Positions 39,964-53,558 of a DNA stretch of 64,000 bases are shown one piece after another (positions within the stretch are counted from its first letter, which is position 1; each line of letters starts with the position of its first letter). The stretch spans positions 16,214,823 through 16,278,822 of the forward strand of contig NC_068983.1 in the NCBI RefSeq assembly GCF_001194135.2, in the 5' to 3' direction. Source of the stretch: Octopus bimaculoides (lineage: Eukaryota). The notes under the pieces are model-generated. The model was not told the DNA's origin, searched no databases, and saw only the letters and a program-made list of their open reading frames with translations. The position numbers and the translations under genes were made by a program.

Positions 39964-41183
39964 GGTAAAGAATAATACCTACTATGGTAGAAATTATTCT
40001 TTACAGTGATTTTTCATTTTTATAAAAATTCACACCAAGTGAACAACTGATAGCTGCAACAGTACATCTTATATTTTTTCTCTCTAGCCCATAGAACAAT
40101 AACTGCAGCTGACAGTAGCTTTAAATGGTAACTAACATTGCAATTCCTTTTCACTTATTTATTTATTTATTTTTTTCAAAGATCATTAATAGCTTATAAT
40201 TCCTTCAGGACAAGATATCCAATATATTAAATACAGATTCTCCAACTCCCCACATAATATCATGTCTCAAAGGAGGACAACTCTTCACTGATATTTACAA
40301 TCTTCCACTATGTATATCTGATTTAACTGCTGGCTGTTTATATTAGTGACCCAGCACCATCACTATATTAATTATCATTTATGAGACAATTTTGAAAATA
40401 CATCCTTCAGTGGGAAGTGATATAATAGTCACTGATACATATTAAGCTGGTGGTATTGTGTGAACTAAAGACTGAGTTCAAACCTGTTATTATCACAGAC
40501 CAAATGTATTGTTACAAAGATATATTTATTTGATGTGAGAAAACCTTAACTATCCTTTCACACACTTAGTCTTTAATAATTTACAGTGATTTTTAGACTT
40601 GTTTGGCAGAATATGTAAAAAAAATATTCAGTTATAAGGAACAGTATATTGTCTGTTATCTCAATGTTATTGTTATACAACCTACCAAGTGTTTGCCTCC
40701 ATGTTTAGGCCTAAGCTCTATTTATACCTCAACAAACCATTTTTCATATCAATAGTTGTATTTTGTATTTGAATCAAGTCTATTTCCTAGTTGGCCTTCT
40801 CTAAGCACACCTCATAAGATGGCAGCCAATCAAATTAAATGTTTGATCATGGTAAGATTAGGAAGTTAGACTACTGGTCACACTAACTGTCTCTTACAAT
40901 CATTTTATAGCAAGCAACCTTAAGTGAAGCCAGATTTTTCTTTTTGCTTTACTTTGCTCCAACTAACTTAAAAGAAAAATAAGCCCCACTTCTAATTTGT
41001 GGTCAAGTGGTCACCAATTACAAAGTCAATTATGAAATCAGTTCCCGGAATGTTAAGCAAATGTAATAAATTGGTAAAAATCACAGCATGGAATTGTAAA
41101 AAGACATCAATGAAAACATTTATGCAAAACAAATTTTGAGAACAGGTCATTTTTACTCTCAAATGCTGATTCTGAAAGTTTAA

Positions 41184-41395
41184 CCCTTTAGCATTTAAAT
41201 TGGCCATATCCAGCCCAAATATTTTGTTTTAAGATCAAACTGATCAGATCCAGCCTTTCACACCAATCCGACATCTTTCAAAAATAAATAATGACATCAT
41301 GGAAATCTTGAAGCTATGAGGTAAAGCATTATTAATTCAAAACAATGTGAATAAATAAGCATCACATTTAACAGAAAAATCTGAATGCTAAAGGG
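41184..41395 (+). mobile_element. piggyBac-type MITE copy
   Basis: TTAA|CCCTTTAGCATT ... AATGCTAAAGGG|TTAA; interior aligns with 34663-34882. Confidence 0.85.
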
Positions 41396-41495
41396 TTAAA
41401 GAAAATTTCTTCACCTTTAGTTGTTGTCCAATGCTAAGTCAGCTCTGATTGAGAACATCTTTGATCAAAAGTATTACAGCCACAACCCTCTATAC

Positions 41496-41643
41496 CAGTG
41501 GTTCCCAACCTTTTCACTATCAAGGACCCCTTTTATCTAAATGAGTTTTCCCACGGACCCCAGAATATTGAAAGGTCTGTCAACTTAACAAGCTGATGGA
41601 TCCCCCAGTACTACCTTTGCAGACCACAGGTTGGGAATCACTG
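41496..41643. mobile_element. hAT/Charlie-type MITE (148 bp)
   Basis: 16-bp TIRs CAGTGGTTCCCAACCT / AGGTTGGGAATCACTG (1 mismatch) with an 8-bp target duplication CTCTATAC / CTCTATAT. Confidence 0.85.
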
Positions 41644-42519
41644 CTCTATATCATTGTTTACCAGAGACTATTCTGTCTAAGGTGTCTTTCTTTTTTTTAA
41701 CATTATAATGTTAATTTGAAGGCGACTTAGGTTTCAGTTGCAGTTGTGGGTAGGGAAGTTGTTTTTTTTTTTGCATTTATGGATAGCATCTAGCCTGTGT
41801 GTTAAACATTAAATAAAATGCTTATCAAGACTCTCTTCCCAGTCTAATACTGAGAGACATAATAGGAAAATGTGAGACTAAATATTATACAAAGTGTAAG
41901 GAGAGAAGGCCAGTCCTAACAGCAGAAGAGCTCAGAAACTGAGAAAATTGGACCAGAGTGAAAGAGATTACAGCGATGAAAATGAATGGCATGAATTGTG
42001 TAAAGAGAAATATCTCTTGGCTGAGACTGGTTGAATATTAGGAGCAATTCTGCTGCCTCTGATCCAATGTGGTTAAATCTAATTAAAAAAAAGAAACCAA
42101 AACTATTGTCAGATTGACACAACTGAAGAAGCAATTCCTGCAAGTGAAATAAATATCTTCACCAGAAGTATGATGAGGAGTTGATCTATGAATAATGATA
42201 TTTCAGAGGTTTGTCGCAAAAAGTGAAGATATCTGTTGCAAAGCAAAAAATGAGATAGTAAAGAGATTGTAATGCACAGAAGGTACAAATACAACTGCTA
42301 TATATCTCCCTGCTACACATACATAAATTAAAAATTAAGAATTGTGTTAGACAAGGCTATGTGCTACCTTCTATCCTATTTAACCTAAGAGAAACAGTAT
42401 ATGACAAGAATTGTCCTATGGAATGGAAATGGCTGTAATGAAAACACGATGGTATTTAGCATGAAACAATAATCACTAAAAATAAATATTACATTTTAGG
42501 GAAAGTTAATTGGACAGTA

Positions 42520-43055
42520 AGCAAAGATAATATACTTGGGATATATATATATTAAAAAAAACAAGAAATGTGAAGCAGAAATCAAAAGAAGAATTGAGAA
42601 AGCTAGAAAGTAAATTTCAAAAATGTCAAACAAACTAATTTCAAGAAAGATTAATACTGAAACTAGGAAATCATTATTAAATGTTATTTATAGTCCACTC
42701 CACGGACCTGAAACATGAATATAACAAAAGTTTTATGAAATACATTACACCTCTTTGAGCTGTGTGCAAACAACTTCTGAGAATATTGTAGGCAAGACAC
42801 AACCAATGATGAAGTACTAAAAAACAAAAACTATGAAAATTTTAGCAGACACCATCAAAGAGAGAAAGGTAAAATATTTTGGACAATTAGAAAAAGTGGT
42901 TCACGAAGACAGTTAAAAAAAAAAAACAGAAAGAAAGGAGAAACAGAACCACAAATTATGTTGAATAACAAGAACTGGATAGAATTAAAATACATAAGAG
43001 ACAAAGATGGCAATTCATGGAGTTCTACCGGCTGAAAGAGAATGATTCTCGATGA
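42520..43055 (+). mobile_element. Degraded RTE-clade LINE ORF 3' fragment (relic probably extends left to about 41830)
   Basis: Frameshifted translation KCEAEIKRRIEKARK.FQKMSNKL..RKINTETRKSLL and ..GPET, typical of the C-terminal RT region of RTE elements. Confidence 0.55.
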
Positions 43056-43100
43056 TAAACTCACTCACACCTACAGAAAAAAATAATCTGTCAGACAATA

Positions 43101-44065
43101 CAATGGTTGGACAAAACAATGGAAACGTCACTTTCCATTTAACTATTTTTTTCTATTGACAATATAACAAATTCAAAACAGTTCTGAATATGTATTCATA
43201 TGCATTACACAAGCCTTGTACTTCATGATATAGCCTTCTCTTATTATTGCTTTGCTTTTTTTTTAATTTTTACAGTTATTTATATTTCAATGAGTAAAAA
43301 TGCTGACCAATTTGATTTCCAAAAGACTATTTGTAGAGGCATGGTTGGAGCATCAGTTACTAAAACTGCTGAACTGTTTAATGTTTTGAGAGGTACAGTC
43401 TCCAAAATCATATTGGTATTCCAAAACCAAGGTAACCATAGTTTTGGTCAAAAGGCAAAGCTCTGAGAGATTGCAAAATAAGGAAATGTCAAAAAACTAT
43501 CAAACTATAGAATCAAAAGTGGCATTAGAGCTAAGCTTTTTGTATCAACCAAAAACTGTTTGTTGCAAGCTCCATAAAGCTGGATACCATGGGAAAGCTG
43601 CAATTACTAAACAATTCCTGTTCTCCATCAGCATTGGTCAGTGGAAAAAATGGATCTTAGATTGTTATAAGTGGCGAAAGGCTCAATAGAATAATGTCAT
43701 CATCTCTGATAAACTATCATTCACCCTTTTCAGTTCTACAAGACAAGTTTATGTTTAGAGACAACCCAAAGAACCCTTCTATTATTATTATTATTATTTT
43801 CCCCAGATATTTTTTTGCAGACATTCCCTACATTTATGGAGCATTTTGAAGTAGATGTAAGGAGTTGTTTCCTTGCACCATTGCCACTGAAAGAGCTAAA
43901 GCAGGTTTTACTTGAACAGTGGCTAAAAATATCCTAACTGTTCAGAACCTGTACAAGTCAAATTCTTTGACATATTAAAGCTGCAATTTATGTCAAAGGA
44001 AGACCACTCTGAAATAATAACACCTCCATTTAACAAGATGCTTCCATTATTTTGTCCAACACCTG
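43101..44065 (+). mobile_element. Decayed, internally deleted Tc1-family DNA transposon
   Basis: TA-flanked imperfect TIRs: TA|CAATGGTTGGACAAAACAATGGAAAC and GCTTCCATTATTTTGTCCAACACCTG|TA. Transposase remnants MSKNADQFDFQK..GASVTKTAELFNVLRGTVSKI and KTVCCKLHKAGYHGKAAITKQ have stops and frameshifts. Confidence 0.85.
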
Positions 44066-46165
44066 TACAATTACAAAATACAGTGATACCAAGTCATTAT
44101 GAAACGTAAATGCCAGACAATATCACAATAGTTATTTTCCATCAACTCATTATATGGCTCCACAATGACAATCTCTTTTCTAAGTAACATAAAAGACCCT
44201 CCCAACTAAATATTCTGGATTTTATCAGAAACAGGACGGTCTTTTCCCAAGATTTATATCAGACAAATATTGCACTCCAGATGAAAACAATGATCATAAC
44301 AATGACAACAACAACAACAACAAGGCAGTAGGATATTATTAGACTTCTAGCTTGATTCATGTAGCTAATTAGTATCACACTATTAACTAATAATGCACAC
44401 ACTTTATAAATTTCTTTATAAACTAACACCTCTGATTACTATGTCAATTTTCTCATTATTCTTGCCTCTAGCTAACCAACTCTATTAAATGCATAATCTT
44501 GAGAGAGAGAGTGTGTGAGTGTGAAGGTAAACAGCTAAGAGGGTAGGGAGTAGGGTTCAATCATAAGTTTGTGGGTTTCATTTCTGGGCAAAGTTGCACA
44601 TTATGCCCTTGAGCAAGGTACTTCATTTCACATGGCTCTAGTTTATTCAGCTAAAATGAGTACTAACCTAGTGGTGCTAGTACAACCCTCTCTTCCAACA
44701 ACCGTCAAATCTTAGGCTATATAGTTTGCTTGTCTGCACCTAAAATAATTAACAAAAGCATGGCATATACTACCACATATACATACTAAATTGCAAGCAA
44801 CAGCTATGGTTTATATTGTCATCACCATTATTATCCATCCAATTTTCTATGCTCACATGGGTCAGGTGCAATTTTTGTTGAGCCAAATTTTCTATGGCCA
44901 GATGCCCTTCCTGTCCCCAGGCCTCAGCTTTTTCCAAGTAAGGCAATATTTCCTTATGACCAGATATGTCTCACAGAAGATTGTGAACAAAGGATGCTGC
45001 TTGCATGACAAAGAGAGATTCATTTACAACTATCACCCAATGCCAAGGCAAGGAGACAATAACACACATATCACATGATGGACAACTTCTCAATTATAAC
45101 ACCAGAGGTGGACAAGAACAGCTTTACCTCAATCCTACTTGACCATTTCCATTGTGGCTATTACCAGAACATACAGAAAGATAATTAACCAACAAAGAAG
45201 TTTCTATATGGACCTGCTGGAATTGGCAGCCAAATATCTTCCTCATACTCCACTATACTGTTTTGGAGAAGCAAAGATGTATTAGACAATGCAACACTAT
45301 AGACAATGATGGGCATAGCTGAAATGTTTTTTGATTACAGTCTACTTGATCAGGGCTGATCTGAGACAAAACAACACCAATAAGAAGGATAGCGGAGAAA
45401 TAACCTAAATTGCAAACAATGCACTTCATATTATGAACTGTTTGCGGTCAGAGTGTGCAGTGTAGTCTACCTCACTTAGGATAAGGTATTGGAACTGTGG
45501 ATCACAACTATTTTATCAGCTACCTACATGCATTAGATCTGACTGAGCAGAGCTGAGTGGGGAAACACAGCATTAACAACCATACCACATGATATTGGAT
45601 TTCACACATAACCATTTATGTGTGAGTGAAAGTGAAAGAAAAGAGAAGAGTGAGGGTGACAGTGAGAAGAAATGGTAGGCCAAGAGAGTAGTAAAGATCA
45701 AATTTTCTTTTGTGAAGGGAACCTTCAAAGTATTAATCTTATTTTGGAGAACTAAAATGTACCTATAAACAGTACTATACAAGGCAAACACTAAACCCAA
45801 GCAAGGGAACAGAATATTGTACAAAGAATATTTATACTGACTTAATGTTTGCATGAATGTCTAAGGCGTGTGTGTGATGCATGTGTATATACGTATACTT
45901 GCATGTACATACTTGCTCCATTAGGAAGCAAGATTTGAAAGGATTTTAGGAGTGCTCCATTTCCTTTCATGGATTCATGGACCTTCTTCCGCTTCTCAAG
46001 TCAAACACCAAACCAAATATATTAAATGGATCTTGATGTAAGAAATATATCTGAGAAATTTCATGGCAAGAGCTGGAAGACTCTCTTTGGAGGATTAAGG
46101 ACGTTGGGCTTGTAACCGTATTTAAACAAAATGGAATAATAATAATAATAAAAAGTTCAGCTTAC

Positions 46166-46314
46166 CTTCGTGGAAATCCATGTGTCGGTTGATATCGGAG
46201 TAGGAAAGGAAATCTTTGCCACAAAAGATGCACCTGTACACAGCTCGTCCATCGGGCAGTAGAGTGGGCTTGCAAACCTTTTCTCTGTCAACAGGAGAAT
46301 TCACAACATGTAAC
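46166..46314 (-). CDS. Zinc-finger gene exon carrying ZF9
   Basis: Acceptor CCTTTTCCAG|G and donor GAAG|GTAAGC; 149 nt, phase 2/1, matching the upstream exon. Encodes RLHVVNSPVDREKVCKPTLLPDGRAVYRCIFCGKDFLSYSDINRHMDFHE. Confidence 0.92.
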
Positions 46315-46581
46315 CTGGAAAAGGTATCAAGATATTAGGCCAGAAAAACATTCTACTTCTGGCCTGCAAGAACTGAACAACTTGATACCTAGATTATGGT
46401 GAGCACATGAGAAGAACAGGCAAGCAAGCAAGCAAGCAAGCAAGCAGTTAGAAAGTTAGAAGCAAAGCTTTGTCAAGAGACCATTTGAAGCACACCAAAC
46501 TTGAATAACATAGTGAACAAAACAATATTTTACAAGCACTACAAGCATAAGTTAATAAGATGTTTTCATGCCCTATTCATT

Positions 46582-46619
<38 letters not shown>

Positions 46620-47817
46620 CAAGCATGTATTTGTGTATATGCATATTTACGAGCATGTATGTGTGTATGTATGTTATCTCCTTATTTTCATATCACATAC
46701 TAGGCTGGCACTATAATGATGTAATGAGCTGCTGCTCTCTATCTCAGAGGGCAGCAGAGGCAGGGAACACTTGGTGTTGATGAGGAAAAAGGGAACTATT
46801 TCATTTCCGGTAGCTTTTGGAACTTAAAGCTCACTCTGCTTATTTGGAGTAGCAAACAGGTGGGATTTTTAATTTTGTATTTATTTTTTTTTGTGAGCAC
46901 CAGACAGGCTCTAGAGCAGGAAAACAATATTTTGTTATTTTCCTAGAATACAACAGAAAGTAAGGTTTCTTTTTCAGTGGCAAGGGAAATGTAGTTGCAT
47001 GGCTGAAGAAAGTGAAACTGGTAACAAAACTACAATGAGTGCAAGATGCCACAAGCTTTATACCACTTTATCTAGAAAGGGATGCACTGGTTTTGTGCCT
47101 AGAGATGAGTAATGAAGCCTAGACACAGGGAAAATAAAAACCAAAACCAAGAAAGGTTAAACAGCTGGTGGGAGGGGATGAACTGGTGGGATTTATTGAG
47201 GATGGGTTGAAAAGAGTGGTTAAACTAGGGTTCATGACTATCTTTTCTGATCATATTTCAGTAAGGCTGCAGTTGTTGAGTCCATGATTGTGGGAAGTTT
47301 AATGATTTAATGACCAAGGTTAGGAAAGGACATAATGAAGCAGCAAGCTTTGAGAAGTGAGGGGTCGAGTGGTGTAAGAAGGCATGTGTGAATGTTCAAG
47401 GGTCAGTACTTTTAGATGCTGACGATCAGGTATTATAAAGAACCCAAGTCTAAATTGTTCAGCTATGGATGTGAGCAGGCAGGTCATATAGCAAGCTGTT
47501 ATAATCAGAGAAATAATTGAAGGCATGAGGAGCAATAGTGTCAGTAGTTATTTTATCAACTGAGTAGATACACTCCTATAATCACTATCTGTATCTGTTG
47601 TGAAGAGTTCTAGTGTGCATGAAGAGCAGGAGCCTTCATTGATACAGGTTACGCAACCACAATAGTGACTCTGAGGCTGGTGGGTGGCTAAAGGGGAAGG
47701 AGTAGTGTAGTGGCAGTCAATGGAAGAGAGTTAAATGTAGATATACATGTAGAGTTGGCAGTATGTAGAACATGACTGAAAGAACAGGTTTTTGTAATTC
47801 ACTACACTGTTGATAAA

Positions 47818-47990
47818 GGTGCATGGCTCAGTGATTAGAGCATCGGACTCACAATCATGAGGTAGTGAGTTCAATTCTCAGATCAACCCTTTATTTTACA
47901 CTGCTCCAGTTCACTCAGCTGTAGATATGAGTTGCAACATCACTAGTGCCGAGTTGTATCAACCTTTGCCTTTCCCTTGGATAACATCAG
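47818..47990 (+). mobile_element. SINE family D copy (3'-truncated)
   Basis: High colinear similarity to 30510-30710. Confidence 0.8.
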
Positions 47991-48879
47991 TGAAGAGGAG
48001 AAGCTGGTATTCTTGATTTCAAGATCATATAATTAAGATATGGCACTAATTTATTTACAATGCATACATAGAAATAAAGGAAAACAAAAGAAAGGTAGTA
48101 GGATAGAAGGTAAAATAAAAATTTAAAGCCAAGATTACTATACTGATCAAAATATATTAGAAGAGACAGACATTATTGCAAGACACTGCAGAGACATAAT
48201 ATAATGTTAATTCAATCAAATAAGTTGAAATGTTAAATGAAACAAATAACAAAAAGTAGCAGCACAGCAGCAAAGGAATTCATAAACAAAGATAATATAG
48301 TTATTGCTGCAATTATTTTTCCAACAGTTTCCTCATGGAAAACTTTCACAAATATACACAACCTCAAACAAATGAATGCTCATAAATATGCATATACATA
48401 AATACACGCTTGCTCAATCTCTCTCTCTCTCTCTCTCACACACAAATGAATACTCACACTCACATACACACACACACATGCACAAATGACTGCTTAACAT
48501 GAGGAAATAAATGCTAACACACATACATGCAAGGATAAGTGACTTACATTCCAAAAACAAAACACACGGAAATAACAGGATTTCAATATAAAACCATAAA
48601 AAAACAAAGACAACTTCTTATGCCCTACTAAATCTGTGAACTACACAATAATCAAAATATGATATATTTCCAGAATAAGGATACTGCATACATAAGGATA
48701 CAATATCTTCTACTATAATGGTTGTCAACTTTATTCTATTATCTCTTAATTACGAGTGAAGGTAGTACCCAAGACCTATTACAGGGTCTCTGAGAGAACA
48801 GGTATCCTCAAACTGGATACCTGATGCAAATGCTTGCAGCAGAGTGAATTCTGCTAAAGGTACCAATATCCTAATGATG

Positions 48880-49860
48880 GTGACAGGTTAAGTCTACCAA
48901 CCAAATATGCTTGACTGGTTCTTATTTTATTGACTCTGAAAGGATGGAAGGTAAAGTCAACCTCAAACAGCATTTGAACTCAGAATGTAAAGACAAAAAA
49001 GAAATGTCACCTTGTCCGGTGTGCTGACAATTTTGCCAGCTCACCAATTTACTGCTGCTGCTCCTGATAATAATAATAATAATTCAAGGCCTGGAATTTG
49101 GAGGAAGGGGGCTAGTCGATTACATCGTACCCCAGTGCTCCACAGGAATTTTGCCCCTGGACTGGCTCATGTGTGGGCGACACATGAAATCTTCCAAGCG
49201 GGATCGTTGCCGGTGCCCCTGGGTCTTGTGCTGGTGACACATGAAATCTTCCGAGCGGGATCGTTGCCGGTGACCCTGGATCGGCTCATGTGCGGGCGAC
49301 ACATGAAATCTTCCGAGCGGGATCGTTGCCGGTGCCCCTGGATTGGCTCATGTGCGGGCGACACATGAAATCTTCCGAGCGAGATCGTTGCCGGTGCCCC
49401 TGAATTGGCTCTTGTGTGGGGTTGTTGTAGGATTTTCAAGCGAGATCGTTGCCGGTGCCCCCTGGACTGGCTCTTGTGCGGGTGACACATGAGGTTTCTC
49501 GAGCGAGATGAGTGTGGCCGTTGCCAGTACCGCCTGACTGGCCTTCGTGCGGGTGACACGTAAAAGCACCCACTACACTCTCTGAGTGGTTGGCGTTAGG
49601 AAGGGCATCCAGCTGTAGAAACTCTGCCAAATCAGATTGGGGCCTGGTGTAGCCATCTGGTTTCACCAGTCCTCAGTCAAATCGTCCAACCCATGCTAGC
49701 ATGGAAAGCGGACGTTAAACGACGGCAACGACGCCAAAAGGATGAAAAGTTAAGTCAACCTTGGTAGAATTTGAACTCAGAACATAAAGACAGACGAAAT
49801 GCTGCTAAGTATATTGCCCAGCATGCTAATGATTCTGCCAGCACACCACCTTCCTGTTAA
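48880..49860 (-). mobile_element. Family A SINE cluster; the second copy is interrupted by a family B element
   Basis: Copy at about 48880-49050. The second copy is split into 49060-49140 and 49734-49850 around the family B insert. Confidence 0.7.
49141..49733 (+). mobile_element. Family B retroposon with an expanded internal ~61-bp tandem array
   Basis: Units starting GATCGTTGCCGGTG at 49202, 49259, 49321, 49383 and 49444, followed by the standard family B 3' end. Confidence 0.85.
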
Positions 49861-50970
49861 TAATAATAATGATAATAAAAAAAACAGTAGTAGTAGTAGA
49901 AGCAGCAGTTACCATAATCACAAGGCCAGGGCAAGTCAATTAAATCAATTCCTGTACTTGACTAACCAATCCAGGAAAGGTTACAGGCATAATAATAGTA
50001 ATAATTTTATTTATTTCCATAACAGAGATAACCAAAAAGAAGGAGATGTGAAGAAAATTGAAACACTTCCTAAAAAGAGTTTACTACTAATTGATATCTC
50101 TTTACATTTTATGTTTTTACTTTAGTTTTACAGGCGTTGTCTCCCCTGATTTCAGTTCAGATTTTATCTATTTATTTATCTTCAATGCAAATAGAATATT
50201 AACTCCAGTAGTTGTTCAGCCCTAGTACAACTGTGGCCATCTGAGGCTCGTTTTTTATTTTTTTTTTATTTTTAGGGACTACAATATTTCAGCTGTCTTT
50301 TTTTATTCCTTTTAAGACAAACAAGGTCAGAGTTGGCTCTTACTACAAACAGATCAAGCAACTGCATAAAGTTTCTCTTGTAGGCTCTTATCAATCTCAG
50401 TGAAAACATTAGCTGCTACAACAGTGAAAATATTTACACACACAGGGGTGACACATGGTAGTATAGATAAGAGGCTTGCTAAGCAACCATGAGGTTTCAA
50501 GTTCAATTCCACTGGGTAGCATCTTAGGTAAGTGTCTTTTACTATAGTCTCAGACTGACCAATACCTTTTAATTAAAATTTGTTAGATACTAACTATATG
50601 GAAACCCAACATATGTGTGTGTTTTGTCTCTGCATGTTTTGCGCTGACAATGAGCAGCAATAAGGTGCATGTCCTACAGCTTTGCAGTTTCAACATGCAA
50701 AGACTAGTGGAGTAAAGTATTTTTACTTGAAAACAAGCAAGAGTTGGTGTCAGGAGAGGCATTTGGCCACTGAACATACTAACTCAAGAAATCTTGTCAA
50801 ACCATACCAGCATGGGAAAAGCAGGTATAAAAACGACGAAGATGAGGATTTAAAAACATAAACAACACAACAGAATTCTGACAAGTCAACTACATTTGAA
50901 CAAAACAGAATATTCCTCAAGATGGATTCTCTCACAAAACGAACAATATAAAAAAAGATACGTAGCTCAC

Positions 50971-53558
50971 CTGGAGTGTGTTCTGGAAAGTGAAGTTAAT
51001 TTGCGTCCATCAGCTAAAACAGAATTCCGAATACTATCTGGTGAGAGTGGAGCATGCCACTGGACACGTGGAAGTCCAACCAGGCTTTCCTCAGGGGATG
51101 GACATTGGGATGTTCCTGTAAGGGAAGTGGATGTTGCCAGAGATAATGGATCACTGGCAGTAGAAAGACCGAGTGGAATATTGACAATAGGTGAACCAGT
51201 GAGGGCCTGCGACACGGCTGGATTTAATAACTGAGTGGCAGCCAAGAAAGAGGCAGCTGCCTGAGCAGGTAATGATGGTGTTCCCAAAACCATAGAGTTA
51301 CACGTTATTGGTCCCAATGAGGGCATACCCGACAACATACTGCTCTGAGTACTGAACAGGCTTTGCCCCATACAAGATGGTGCCATTACCATTTCTGGGT
51401 CACTGTCACCCACTATCTGTTGCAATGCAATTGTATGAGGAGAAGGTGTGAGAGGCAGTGGCGGAGCGAGAGAAGAAGGATTGGTGTGATGTGATTGTTG
51501 TTGAACAGCAGCAGTGTTATGTGGTAATGGCGGTGGCGGTGGCGGAGGGGGAAGTGGTGGTGGCGGGGGTAATGGTGGTGGAATTCCTTGCCTGGAGGAC
51601 TGGCAGTTCTGTACTTTGTATGTCAAAGATGCTTTCCGCCTGGATTTAAGCAAGAAACTGTCTTTTTTATTTTGAGGTAAGAGACACCGTTTGGGTGCAG
51701 CTATGATTTCCCGGCCACCAACAGCATTGACACTGTCGTCACCATTATCTGAGGTATTTTCTGACCAGTTACCTTCAGAGAGTCCATTAGTGTGGTGTGG
51801 GTCAGACACCATATCTTCTATCTCGGCTGGAGGTTCGGACGGCAATACAACGGTCACATCCTCTTTAATCCCTTCCTTCTTCAAGATCTCCTTAGCATTT
51901 AACTTCTCCTTCTCCTGCTCTTCCTCTTCCTGTCTCAGCTGCTGAGATTCTTTGTCGCTATTTGAGTATTGAGTACTGCAGATGGCAGTGTCATTGGTAG
52001 CATATTTCAGATCTGAGTTGCCATGGCTAAGCATGGGATGTTGGTTTTCGCCAACACCAAGCTCTTGGGAAGCTGAGGACATGTCAACACCAATGCCATC
52101 AGCATCGGTCTGTTCTTGAAGTCGATTCAAGTAACCAAGTCTAATGGAAGACTTCAAGCTAGCAAGGATTGCACGTTTCCTCACTTTCCTAACATAGTCC
52201 AATGGGTAGCTATCACTATGGAAACGCATAATGTGCTGACGTAAGTTACGGTATTCGCTGAAACCTTTGCCACATTCTTTGCAATAGCATGGCTTGTAGC
52301 CAGTGTGAATTCTCTCATGACGTTGTAAGGAGAAAAACCTTGTAAATGATTTTCTGCAATATAAACAAACATAACAGCCATTAATCTTTTGATATGAACA
52401 ACTAAAATCTCTAGAAGGTAACCCTGCCGATGATAGGTTAACATTAGTTTGGTAAAGGTTATTAGAAGAGGAGTCGACCAATGGGGGCTCCTTGGAAGAG
52501 TCTCTTTCGAGAACTGGCTCCTTAAATTCAGTATTAAGTGACAATGTTTCATTTGTTTCTTCTGTAGGCAAAGGAGCAGTTTGGCTAATGGGGTTGGGGT
52601 TGTGAAAAGGTTCTCCCTGGTCAACCTGAACAGTGTTTCTTGAGGAGGGTAGTCGATGTCTTCGGGAATGGCGAAGCAGCTGAGCTTTGAAGCGAAAGTT
52701 GTTGCCACAGATCCCACACTGATAGGTGACCAGATGCCGTTCGTAGTGCAAAGACATGTGGCACTGGAGTTTACTAAGAAAATTGAACAATTTGCCACAG
52801 AGGTAGCACTTATATAGAGATGTCTTCAGGCCATTTTCTAAGTTTACACCATCGATTCTTGTGGCAATAATAGTCTCATTTTTAATACTAATTCGATTTT
52901 TCCGGAACGGAGATTCTGTGGAAATTACAAGATCCTCCGACTTTTTATTTGAAAGAGAAGCAGCTGGTTTGCTACCCTCCCGTACAGGAAATACAGGGGT
53001 GGCTGATGATGATGTAGTACTGGGTACAAAATAAGCTGGTGGGGATTGCTGGTGAGGGAGTGGAGGATGAGAAGAATGAGAAGATTCAAAATTTGATAGC
53101 TTTGCTTCAGCCATAGCCTCATTGATTTTCTGGTCATTTAAACCAAGGCTCTTAGCAAGCTCCAACTCTGCTTTAAAAGTGGTGGAGGGCTTCACAGCTG
53201 TTATGTCATCTGTTTGGACAAAGCTGTTATTGTTGCTGCTTCCACTCGGATTTTGTGTTGGTGTGAGAACTTCTGAAGTTTTGCCTTCACTTAGTAAATC
53301 TTTATCTTCCTGCATTTCACCATTGTCAAGATCTGTTATGTGAACAGGGCTGTGTTGCATTGTTAAATCTACATCTTGTTGCATGAGAGTCTCTTTCTCC
53401 TGAGTTTTATCATGTAGATGAAAGGTTTTTATTTGAGCCCGAGTTTTCAGGCGGAGGTAACGCTCTTCCAGACCTTGGCTCAGCTCTACGTTGACGCCAT
53501 GTGCCACTTTCTTATGATACAGCATGCTTCCTTTTGCTTTGAAAGCTTTATTGCAGAC
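50971..53558 (-). CDS. Zinc-finger gene, very large internal exon (2588 nt): end of ZF4, ZF5-ZF8, poly-Pro and low-complexity regions
   Basis: Acceptor TTTTTTTTTCAG|GTC extends the 852-aa ORF upstream (VCNKAFKAKGSMLYHKKVAH). Donor CAG|GTGAGC, phase 0/2. Fingers: CYLCGKLFNFLSKLQCHMSLH, CGICGNNFRFKAQLLRHSRRH, CLYCRKSFTRFFSLQRHERIH-TGYKP, CKECGKGFSEYRNLRQHIMRFH. Confidence 0.95.

Noticed and set aside
47320-47750. Possible CR1/L2 endonuclease relic on the minus strand
   Set aside because: Motif resemblance is too weak to support without a profile search.
48799-48823. Small hairpin CAGGTATCC-N7-GGATACCTG as a terminator or regulatory RNA
   Set aside because: A 9-bp stem is expected by chance in 64 kb, and intrinsic terminators are irrelevant in a eukaryotic intron.
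49012-49666. Several overlapping ORFs with repeated peptides
   Set aside because: Produced by the GC-rich tandem array and SINE sequence; the same peptides recur at 33995 and 56527 from repeat copies.
50896-53343. Short ORFs overlapping the large exon on the opposite strand or in other frames
   Set aside because: Shadows of the 852-aa frame, with no recognisable domains.
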